Assembly: GCA_046331705.1 (NCBI GenBank)
Contig: JAXLQJ010000042.1
Span: 47,007 to 67,006 of the forward strand
Reading direction: 5' to 3'
Length of the DNA: 20,000 nt
Source: a bacterium
GTDB lineage: Bacteria > JADJOY01
Positions within the stretch are counted from its first letter, which is position 1. Every line of letters begins with the position of its first letter. Made by a program: the position numbers and the translations under genes. Below, one piece after another: positions 1 to 8,992 of this stretch. Under the pieces are notes generated by a model. The model was not told the DNA's origin and searched no databases. It worked only from the letters and a program-made list of their open reading frames with translations.

Positions 1-1
1 G

Positions 2-2437
2 ATCCTCGACTGGGATCGCGACGACTACGCCACCACCTACCAGATCGAAACTTCGAGCGACGGCAACGAGTGGACGCCCGCGTTCCGCACCACCACGGGC
101 GACGGCGGGCGCGTCTACGTGTACATGCCGGACGCCGAATCGCGCTTTCTGCGGGTCGCGATGCAGCGCTCGAGCCGCGCACGCGGTTACGGCATCCGCG
201 AGCTCGCCGTCCAGCCGTACTCGTTCTCCGCGTCGCCCAACCAGTTCTTCGAGGCGATCGCCGCGGAAGCGCCTGCGGGCACGTATCCGCGCTATTTCCA
301 GGGCAAACAGACCTACTGGACGGTGATCGGCGTTCCCGAGGACAGCAAGGAAGCGCTGCTCAACACCGACGGCATGCTGGAGCTCGGCCGCGGCGAGCTC
401 TCCATCGAGCCGATCCTGCGCACCGACTCGGGCCCGATCACCTGGGCCCAGGCGGACCTCACCCAAACGCTCGCCGACGGCTATCTGCCGATTCCATCCG
501 TCACGTGGCGCACCGCGGATCTGACCCTCACGGTCACGGCGGTGGCTGCTGGCGAGGCCGGTCACGCCGTCCTCTACGCCCGCTACCGCGTGGAGAACCA
601 CGGCGCCGACGATGCGCCACTCGCGCTCTTCCTGGCCATGCGGCCATTCCAGGTCCTACCGCCGTGGCAGAACCTGAACATGTCGGGCGGTGTCGCCCAC
701 GTGCAGGAGGTGCGCTTCGAGGGTACGGCGGCGCACATCAACGGCAACGTCGTGATGCCGCTCACGCCGCCCGATCGTTTCGGCGCGGCGAGCTTCGAGC
801 AAGGCACCATCACCCGCTACGTCCTCGCCGGCGAGATCCCGGCGCAGCCCACGGCGTACGATCCGTTCGGCCTCGCGTCCGCCGCGTACCAGTACAACCT
901 CTACCTCGCGCCGGGCACCTCCACCGAGGTGGACGTCGCCGTGCCCTTCGACCCCAAGGCGGACGGCCGTGACGTGGCGGCGCGCGGCTTCGACCAGGCG
1001 CTCGCGCAGACCGCGGACCGTTGGCGGCGCCTCCTCGATCGCGTCCAGCTGGACGTGCCCGAGAGCGCCCGCGAGGACGCGAACGCAGCCAAGAGCACCC
1101 TCGCCTACCTGCTGATCAATCGCGACGGTCCGGCGATCCAACCTGGATCGCGCACCTACCAGCGCTCGTGGATCCGCGACGGCGCGATCAGCTCGGCGGC
1201 GCTGCTGCGCGCCGGCTTTACCGAGGAGGTCCGCTCGTTCCTGCGTTGGTATGCGAGCTTCCAGGCGCCCGACGGCATGATCCCGTGCTGCGTCGACCGC
1301 CGCGGCGCGGATCTCACCGCCGAGCACGACAGCGCGGGCGCGTTCATCCACACGCTCGCGGACTACTACCGCTTCACCCGCGACGTCGGCTTCGTGTTCG
1401 AGCTCTGGCCGAACGTGATCCGCGCCGTCGACTACATGGCCAACCTGCGCGCGACCCAGATGACGGATGCCTTCCGCACTCCCGACAAGATCGATCGCTT
1501 CGGGCTTCTGCCCGAGTCGATCAGCCACGAGGGCTACTCGGCCCACGCCGTCCACTCGTACTGGGACGACTTCTTCGCCCTGCGCGGCCTCAGCGACGCC
1601 GCCGAGCTGGCACCGGTGCTCGGGGACGACCAGAACGCGCTTCGCTTCGGCGAGCTTCGCGATTCGTTCCGCGAGACGCTGCTCGCGTCCATCCACCACA
1701 CCGTCGAGCGCCAGAGCCTCGCGTACCTGCCCGGCTCGGTCGAGCTCGGCGATTTCGATCCCACCTCCACCGCCATCGCGCTGGTGCTCGATCTCGACCT
1801 CGGCGACGAGGTCGGCGCGCTGATCGGCCGCACGCTCGACCGCTACGTGAGCGAGGTGCGCCATCGCTTCTCCACCGGTGACTGGGACGCCTTCTCGCCC
1901 TACGAGCTACGCAACGTGGCGGCGCTGACCCGGCTCGGCAGGCGCGCGGACGCCACCGCGTTGCTCGATCAGCTCCTGCGCTATCGCCGGCCGATCGCCT
2001 GGAACGAGTGGGCCGAGATCGTGTGGCGCGACGCCGACGCGCCGCGCTTCATCGGCGACATGCCGCACACCTGGGTGGGTGCCGGCTATGCGAACGCGCT
2101 ACGCGATCTCTTCGCCTACGAGCGCGGCGCGGATCGAGCCCTCGTGCTCGGCGCGGGGCTGCCGCCGGAGTGGGTGTCCAGCGATGGCGGCATCGACGTC
2201 CGGCGCATGCCGACCTTCTACGGACCGCTCAGCTATTCGATGAAGGCCGAGTCGGCCAACCGCGTGCGGGTTCGGATCCAACCCACCGTCTCGATGCCGC
2301 CGGGCAAGATCGTGGTCGCGTCGCCGCTCGACCGCCCCATCCGCGGCGTCGAGGCCCGCCGGCCCGGCGTGCGTGCCGTCGAGAACGACCGCCTGGTGAT
2401 CGACCAGCTCCCCGCGGACTTCGTCGTCACCTTCTGA
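2..2437 (+). CDS. Discoidin (F5/8 type C) domain + six-hairpin (alpha/alpha)6 glycosidase-like protein, 5'-partial
   Basis: The frame of ORF 119..2437 is open back to base 2 (ILDWDRDDYATTYQIETSSDGNEW...RVYVYMPDAESRFLRV), which looks like an F5/8C beta-sandwich. The C-terminal half has IQPGSRTYQRSWIRDGA, EHDSAG, HSYWDDFF and FIGDMPHTWVG, typical of six-hairpin glycosidase-like proteins. Strong GC3 bias. Confidence 0.85.
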   Translation: MLDWDRDDYATTYQIETSSDGNEWTPAFRTTTGDGGRVYVYMPDAESRFLRVAMQRSSRARGYGIRELAVQPYSFSASPNQFFEAIAAEAPAGTYPRYFQGKQTYWTVIGVPEDSKEALLNTDGMLELGRGELSIEPILRTDSGPITWAQADLTQTLADGYLPIPSVTWRTADLTLTVTAVAAGEAGHAVLYARYRVENHGADDAPLALFLAMRPFQVLPPWQNLNMSGGVAHVQEVRFEGTAAHINGNVVMPLTPPDRFGAASFEQGTITRYVLAGEIPAQPTAYDPFGLASAAYQYNLYLAPGTSTEVDVAVPFDPKADGRDVAARGFDQALAQTADRWRRLLDRVQLDVPESAREDANAAKSTLAYLLINRDGPAIQPGSRTYQRSWIRDGAISSAALLRAGFTEEVRSFLRWYASFQAPDGMIPCCVDRRGADLTAEHDSAGAFIHTLADYYRFTRDVGFVFELWPNVIRAVDYMANLRATQMTDAFRTPDKIDRFGLLPESISHEGYSAHAVHSYWDDFFALRGLSDAAELAPVLGDDQNALRFGELRDSFRETLLASIHHTVERQSLAYLPGSVELGDFDPTSTAIALVLDLDLGDEVGALIGRTLDRYVSEVRHRFSTGDWDAFSPYELRNVAALTRLGRRADATALLDQLLRYRRPIAWNEWAEIVWRDADAPRFIGDMPHTWVGAGYANALRDLFAYERGADRALVLGAGLPPEWVSSDGGIDVRRMPTFYGPLSYSMKAESANRVRVRIQPTVSMPPGKIVVASPLDRPIRGVEARRPGVRAVENDRLVIDQLPADFVVTF

Positions 2438-2534
2438 TGGATCGCGCGTCCGCCCAGCGCCCGCGCTCCATCGATTCCCGTCGAGGGCTCGCCGCGTCGC
2501 ACGCCGCGCCCTCGCCACGATCCCGAGGTGCCCG

Positions 2535-5500
2535 ATGACCGAACCGACCGCGATGCCGCGTCTCGATCGCCTTCAGGATGGGTTCCCGCACGGCCGCGTG
2601 CTCTCGAACGGTCGCATGCAAACCCTCGTCACCGGCGCGGGTGCGGGCTTCACGACCTGGGACGGCCTCGCGCTCACCGGCTGGTCGGGCGACCGCACCT
2701 GCGACGACGAGGGGACCTTCGTCTTCTGCCGCGACGTCCACACGGGACGCGTGTGGTCGCTCGGCGCGCGGCCGGTGCCGAGCTGCCCCGATGCGTACGT
2801 CGTCACGGGCGTGCCAGGATGCGTGCGTTTCGAGCGCGAGGACGGCGAGCTCGAGGCGGTCTGCGAGATCGCGATCGCGCCCGAGGACGACGTCGAGCTG
2901 CGGCGGGTGCGGATCGCCAACCGCGGCGAGCGGCCGCGCCGGCTCGAGCTCACCACCTACCTCGAGGTGGTCATCCACCATCCCGGGGCGCACGCCGCCC
3001 ATCCCGTCTTCTCGCGCCTCTTCGTGGCGACCGAGTGGGACGCCGCGGCCCAGACGCTGCTGGCGCGGCGGCGCCCCTACTCGCCCGGTGCGCGAGCGCC
3101 ATGGCTCGCGCAGGCCTGGGTGGGACCCGGCACGCTCGAGATCGAGACCGACCGCAAGCGATTCCTCGGCAGAGGTGGAGACCGCGCCGCGCCACGCGCC
3201 ATCGTCGCCGGCATCCCGCTCTCCGGCTCCGTCGGCAGCGTGCTGGATCCGGTGTTCGCGATCCGCCGCACCGTCGACGTGGGGGCGGGTGAAACCGTGG
3301 AGCTCGCGTCGCTGGTGGCGGCGGCGAACGACCGTGAAAGCGCGCTGGCGCAGCTCGGCCGGCTCGTCGACCCTTCTCGCTGGTCGGGCGTCTTCGAGGC
3401 GGCCGCTCAGCAGGAGCTCGAGCGCCTCGACCGGCTCGGCGCGAGCACCCGTGACGCGGATTTTCTCCACGAGCTCGCGACGGCGCTGCTCTACGGCCGA
3501 GTCGCCGCACCCGCGCACACACCCGCCGCTTCGCCGCCGATGCGCGCCGCCCAGGCACGCGCCTATTGGAACGCGCTGGGCCTCGCCGTTCCGGTTGGCG
3601 ACGACGTCGTCGACGCGGTGGGCGCGGAGCTCGCTGCAGCGCACGCGACCACGAGCTACCCCAGCGGCGCCGGGAGCGCGGCGGTGCCGTCGCACGCCGC
3701 GGTCTCGGCCACCGTCGCCGCGACCGTCGCCGCGACCGAGCCGCTCGCCTTCGACAACGGCTACGGCGGCTTCTCCGAGTCAGGCGACGAATACGTGATC
3801 CGCATCGTCCCGGACGGTGGCCACGCGGGGCTGCCGCCGCTCCCGTGGATCAACGCGATCTCGAACGCGCATTTCGGCTGCCTCGTGACCGAGTCCGGCG
3901 CCGGCTACACCTGGAGTCGCAACTCCCGCGAGCACCGGCTCACGCCGTGGTCGAACGATCCGGTGAGCGACCCGCACGGCGAGGCGCTCTACGTCCGCGA
4001 CGATTCGAACGGACGGCTGTGGTCGCCCTGTCCCGGTCCGGTCGTCTCCGCCGAACCGTGCGAGGTGCGCCACGGCTTCGGTTACACGCGTTTCCGCCGC
4101 GAGGTCGAGGGCCTCGCCCACGAGCTGACGGTCTTCGTCGCCCGCGACGCGCCGGTGAAGATCGCTTGGCTCGCGATCCACAACGCCGGCGACTCCCCGC
4201 GCGCCGTGACGGTGTCGAGCTACGCGCGCTTCGTCCTCGGCGTGTTGCCGAGCGACACCGTGCGCGCCGTGGTCACGAGCCTCGACGAGTCGAGCGGCGC
4301 GATCGTCGCACGCAATCCGGCCAGCCCGGATTTCGCCGATGGCTACACCTTCGCCGCCGTCGTCACCGACGCCGCGGTCGGATCGATCACCTGCACGGGT
4401 GATCGCACGGCATTCCTCGGCCGCAACGGTTCCGTGTCCGCGCCCGCTGCCGTCGTCGCGCCTCACGGCGCTCTCGACGGCCGCACGGGCGCGGGCCTCG
4501 ATCCGTGCGCCGCGTTCCGCGTGCCCATCCAGGTCCCCGCGCACGGCGGCGCGACACTCGCATTCCTCCTCGGCGAGACCACGGATCTCGACGACGCACG
4601 CGCGCTGATCGCGAGCCTGAGCGAGCCCGGCGCCGTGCGCGCCGCCTTCGAGGAGGCGCGCTCCGAGTGGCACCACATGGTCTCCGCCGTGCGCGTGCGC
4701 ACACCCGCTCCCGCCATCGACCGCATGCTGAGCGGCTGGCTCGCATACCAGACGCTCTCGTGCCGGCTGTGGGGTCGCTCCGCCTTCTATCAATCGGGCG
4801 GCGCCTTCGGATTCCGCGATCAGCTCCAGGACAGCGCGGGCTTGCTTCATCATCGTCCCGGGCTGACTCGCGCCCAGATCCTGCTTCACGCGGGTCATCA
4901 ATTCCGCGAAGGCGACGTGCTCCACTGGTGGCATCCACCCAAGGATCGCGGCACACGCACCCGCTTCTCCGACGATCTGGTGTGGCTGCCGTACGTGACC
5001 GCGACGTACGTCCACGCCACCGGCGACGCGAGCGTGCTCGACGAGACGGCGCCGTTCCTGAGCCAGCGCGGCTGCTCGAGCCCGGCGAGGACGAGACGTA
5101 TCTGGAGCCCGCGGACTCGGGCGAGTCCGCATCCGTCTACGAGCACTGCTGCCGGGTGCTCGATCGCTCGCTCACCCGCGGCGCGCACGGCCTGCCGCTC
5201 ATGGGCACCGGCGACTGGAACGACGGCATGAATCGCGTCGGCCGCGAGGGTCGTGGCGAGAGCGTGTGGCTGGCGTTCTTCCTGGTCCACGTCATCGACG
5301 CCTTCGCGCCGCTCGCCGAGGCGGCGCGGCGAGGGCGAGCGCGCGGCGCGATATCGCGCCTATCGGGACGAGCTTCGCCGCGCCATCGAGGCACACACCT
5401 GGGACGGTGCCTGGTACCGACGCGCGTACTACGACGACGGCACGCCGCTCGGCCGGGCCGCCGACGACGAGTGCCGCATCGACGCGCTGGCCCAGGCGTG

Positions 5501-6195
5501 GGCGGTGATCTCGGGCGTCGCCCCGCGCGAGCGCGCCGAGGCCGCGCTGGACGCGGTGGAACGCGAGCTGGTGCTCGACGATCCCGGCATGATCCGCCTG
5601 CTCACGCCTCCTTTCGACAAGACCGCGCGCGAGCCGGGCTACATCAAGGGGTACCTACCGGGGATCCGCGAGAACGGCGGCCAGTACACCCATGCCGCGC
5701 TGTGGGTGGTGCGCGCCCTCGCCGAGCTGGGCGCCGCGAGCGGGCCGTCGAGCTCTTCACCAAGCTCATTCCGTCCATCACGGACGGGATCGCGCCGCCG
5801 TGGACGTGTACCAGGTGGAGCCCTACGTGGTCGTGGCGGACATCTACGGCGTCGAGCCCCACGTCGGTCGCGGCGGCTGGACCTGGTACACGTGCCTGTC
5901 CGGCTGGATGCTGCGGGTGGGGCTGGAATCGATCCTCGGGCTCACCGTCGAGAACGGCTGCACGCTGGTGCTGGCGCCGCGCGTCCCCGACCTCGGGCCC
6001 AGATACGCGATCGATTGGCGCGCGCCGGATGGGCGAACGAGCTACGCGATCGAGGTCGCGAACCCCACGGGACGTGCGGCGCAGGTGGTGGCGGTGGCGC
6101 TCGACGGCGCAGCGCTCGACGTCGTCGCCGGTGCGGCGCGCATCCCCATCGCACGCGACGGCGCCACACATCGCGTCCAGGTGACGCTCGGTTGA
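2535..6195 (+). CDS. GH94 glycoside phosphorylase resembling the C-terminal phosphorylase region of cyclic beta-1,2-glucan synthase (Cgs/NdvB), ~1220 aa; four apparent frameshifts
   Basis: Two tandem GH94 N-terminal domains (LSNGRMQTLVTGAGAGF...; FDNGYGGF...PWINAISN...NSREHRLTPWSNDPVSDP). Catalytic motifs YQSGGAFGFRDQLQD, GTGDWNDGMNRVG, WDGAWYRRAYYDDG, ENGGQYTHAA and EPYVVVADIY...GRGGWTWYT lie in order across ORFs 2535, 4505, 5253 and 5692, with frame switches near 5064, 5324, 5733 and 5770. RBS-like GAGGTG at 2525-2530. Confidence 0.9.
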
Positions 6196-6237
6196 GCGCG
6201 AGCGCACACGCTCGCACGCACGAGGAGGTGTCGAACG

Positions 6238-6779
6238 ATGCCCAATCCAACGACCGGCCGGCGGCGCCGCCGTGCAGCGATCACCCTGGTTCTGGCAATG
6301 GCGTGCGCCTCCGGCGCCGCGCGCGCCAGCGACGACGCCCACACCCGTGTGACCGGAACGGTGCGCGTGGCCGCGCGTGAGCTGCCTGCCCAGATCCGCG
6401 TGCTCTGCGACGACCCGCGCCAGCCCGAGATCCAGCTCGCCGTGGTCTTCGCAAGCGGCGCCGAGGCTGCCGGCCCGACGCCCTGTTCCTGTTCGGCGTC
6501 TTCGAAGGACCCGACGGCAAACCCGCGCCCATCGCCATCCAGATCACGCCCCCGAACGGCAAGCCGTGGAAGGCGTCCTACACCTCGTCGGCGGGCTGGT
6601 TCGGCGTCGAGAACGAATACCTCTTCAGCCTCAAACCTGCCGACGGCAAGGCCTTCCTGAAGCACGCAGCCGCGGCGAAGACCGTCACGGTGACGATCGC
6701 CTCGCAGCAGGCGACGCTGGCGTTCACCTTCGCCGACGCCAGCGAATCGCTCGCCAAGGCCGCTGCCGCCTGCCGCTGA
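6238..6779 (+). CDS. Secreted hypothetical protein (~180 aa), one apparent frameshift near 6470
   Basis: Strong RBS GAGGAGGT before ATG 6238. Signal peptide (RRRRRAAITLVLAMACASGAARA). After ~6470 the high-GC3 frame continues as PDALFLFGVFEGPDGKPAPIAIQITPP...SLAKAAAACR* and ends at TGA 6777-6779; this frame is absent from the ORF track. Confidence 0.7.
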
Positions 6780-6791
6780 TCCGCGCGACGG

Positions 6792-8852
6792 TCACGGTGG
6801 CGCGGACGAGAGCACCACGCCTTCGGCGAGGTCGCCGACCAGCGTCGCAACCGTCACCACCGGGACTCCGCTCGGCCTCGCCGCTGACTGCGCGCAGCAG
6901 CGCGGGATCGTGGCGGCGATGGTTCCAGGCGAGCTCGACGCGCAGCGGTCCGCTCGCCGCCGCGGCGGGCAGCACGATCTCGTCCACGCGTGCGTTTCGC
7001 GCGGGGATCTCGCCCAGCCGCCCCAGGCGCGCCACGGCCACAGGCGGTGATCGGTGATCGCCATGCCTTCGGCGTCCCACAGGCGCTTTCCCAGTCGAAC
7101 GCCGTCCTCGGGACCGTCGAAGCCGCGATTCACGAGCTCGCGCCCATCGGCAGCGCGGACGCGGATCGCGAGCCAGGTCTGGGTGAGATCGTTCGGGCCC
7201 TCGGCGAACGCATGACCGACCCGCTCGGTGGCGCGCGTCTCGATGCGCACGATCGGCTGGCCCGCGCGGGTCCCGAGCGTGGCGGTCAGGCGGACCAGCG
7301 GCAGCGCCGCCGCGGGCGGCTCGGAGACCGCGCCCCGTGCGGGTATCGGCAGGTTGCCCTTCAGGTGGGCGACCACGTCCGCCTCGGCCGCTTCGCCGCC
7401 GGCGATGCGAGCGACGTAGGTGCTGCCGCCCAGGAATCGATGGTCGAGGACCACGTAGCCCTCGAACGCGTAGAAGCGCGGCATGTGGCAGCGCTGGCAG
7501 CTCGCGCGGTCGAGGGCACCAGCCGCGTTCTCCCAGCTCCCGTATTGGTCCTGGACCACGTCGTGGAGACGGCCCCCGGTCGCCTCGCCGAGCGTCTGGA
7601 AATGACACGGACGGCAGCTCACCGGCGCCGCCAGCGCCGCGCGGAACTCGCGGCGGTGCAATCCGATGCGGCTCGAGACCAGCACGCTCGGGACCTCGGA
7701 CGTGCCCCGGAGGAAGGCGGGAAAGGAACCCGAGAGCTCGCTCAGGAAGCGGCGGCCCGCGCCGGAAAGCGGCGTGACCGCGATCGGCAGCGGACCGTCT
7801 CCCGCGCTCGCGACCCTGCGATGACAGCTCACGCAATGCACGCCGGCGGCGTACCCCTCGCTCGCGATCGCCGCCTCGACTCCCACCCGCCGCGGATCGG
7901 CCGCGTGCGGCGCATGGCATTGCAGGCATTCGACCACCGCCGCACCGCCGCGCGCGGCGGCGAGGCGACGCACCATGCCCGTGAAGAGCGGATTCCGCGC
8001 CGCGTACGCATGCGTCGAGACGCGCCACGTCTCCGAGACCGAGATGTGGCAGCCGTCACACGCGTCCGGAACGATGGCGGCGAAGTCCTTCCCCGCGTTG
8101 ACCAGCGCGTCGGGATCGCCGACGAGCGGCTCGATCACGCGCGACTGCCGCCACACGAACGAGGCCACGAGCGCGAGCGCCAGCGCCGCCACCGGCGCGG
8201 CCACGCGGACGAGCGGCGCGCGCCACGCGAACACACGCCCGGCGGACTCGCCTCCGACGCGCGCTCGGCGGCGTGATCCCAGCACGTGCAATCCACCGGC
8301 GGCGAGCACCAACCCCGCCGTGATGACGTGGATGTACCAGAGCCCGTTGGCCGCGATGCCGCCGACCGTGAGGAGGCCCGCCAGGCTGCCGACCACCCCG
8401 AGCGCCACCAGCAAGAGTCCCGTCGCCGTCGACGCTCTCACCCCACGCCGCAGCGCGCGAACGGCGAGCACGATCACGTAGCCGAGGAGCAGCAGCGCGA
8501 TCACCCGATTGTGCAAGTTCGCGGCGGCGCGCTGCTCGGCGGTGATGACGCGCCGGCCTGCGGGATAAGCGAACAGGCTCACGATCAGCACCAGGCCGAC
8601 CGGGAGGATCCACGGCAGCCTGCGCGCGCTGCGAACGCTGGGGCCGAAGACCTCCACCACGTGGACGAGGACGTAGAGCCCCACCCACGGCAACAGCGCC
8701 ACGCCCAGGGCGCCGTGGGCGAGCTGAATCAACTGCACCCACGGCGGCGGCTCGCGAACGAGAAGCGTGCCCACACCCGTCGTCGCGACCACGACGAAGA
8801 TCCCCGCGACCACTCCGCGCAGCCGCCCTTCCCAGCTCATTCGCTCGTGCAT
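6792..8852 (-). CDS. Multiheme (5 x CxxCH) cytochrome c fused to an N-terminal multi-TM His-containing membrane domain; two compensating apparent frameshifts near the 3' end
   Basis: Heme motifs CDGCH, CLQCH, CVSCH, CRPCH and CQRCH(MP). About 7 hydrophobic segments at the N-terminus. Between ~7038 and ~6868 the plausible protein (AVARLGRLGEIPARNARVDEIVLP...VELAWNHRR) is in the 6724..8028 frame. The start is uncertain (ATG 8852 or 8840). Confidence 0.85.
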   Translation of the reverse strand: MHERMSWEGRLRGVVAGIFVVVATTGVGTLLVREPPPWVQLIQLAHGALGVALLPWVGLYVLVHVVEVFGPSVRSARRLPWILPVGLVLIVSLFAYPAGRRVITAEQRAAANLHNRVIALLLLGYVIVLAVRALRRGVRASTATGLLLVALGVVGSLAGLLTVGGIAANGLWYIHVITAGLVLAAGGLHVLGSRRRARVGGESAGRVFAWRAPLVRVAAPVAALALALVASFVWRQSRVIEPLVGDPDALVNAGKDFAAIVPDACDGCHISVSETWRVSTHAYAARNPLFTGMVRRLAAARGGAAVVECLQCHAPHAADPRRVGVEAAIASEGYAAGVHCVSCHRRVASAGDGPLPIAVTPLSGAGRRFLSELSGSFPAFLRGTSEVPSVLVSSRIGLHRREFRAALAAPVSCRPCHFQTLGEATGGRLHDVVQDQYGSWENAAGALDRASCQRCHMPRFYAFEGYVVLDHRFLGGSTYVARIAGGEAAEADVVAHLKGNLPIPARGAVSEPPAAALPLVRLTATLGTRAGQPIVRIETRATERVGHAFAEGPNDLTQTWLAIRVRAADGRELVNRGFDGPEDGVRLGKRLWDAEGMAITDHRLWPWRAWGGWARSPRETHAWTRSCCPPRRRADRCASSSPGTIAATIPRCCAQSAARPSGVPVVTVATLVGDLAEGVVLSSAPP

Positions 8853-8992
8853 GGCGCGCTCGGATTCTAGATGAAGGCGTCGCGCGTTGGATCGACGGAC
8901 CCGACCGACGAGCGCGACACGCACGTCACGAGCTGCACGGCGTCGCGGCGGCGCAGCGAGTCACGCCCACGCCGCCACGCGCCCGGGACGAC

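Noticed and set aside
5060..5775. Programmed ribosomal frameshifting in the GH94 gene
   Set aside because: Four shifts in mixed directions with no slippery heptamers, and neighbouring genes are hit as well.
2535..6195. Full cyclic beta-1,2-glucan synthase (ndvB/cgs) call
   Set aside because: No GT84 or transmembrane region; only the phosphorylase portion is present.
4505..6380. ORFs 4505..6184, 5253..6380 and 5692..6195 as independent genes
   Set aside because: Each carries only consecutive pieces of the single GH94 catalytic domain.
6792..8852. Assignment as NrfA, HAO or another named multiheme enzyme
   Set aside because: No CxxCK motif, only five hemes, and the domain layout does not fit.
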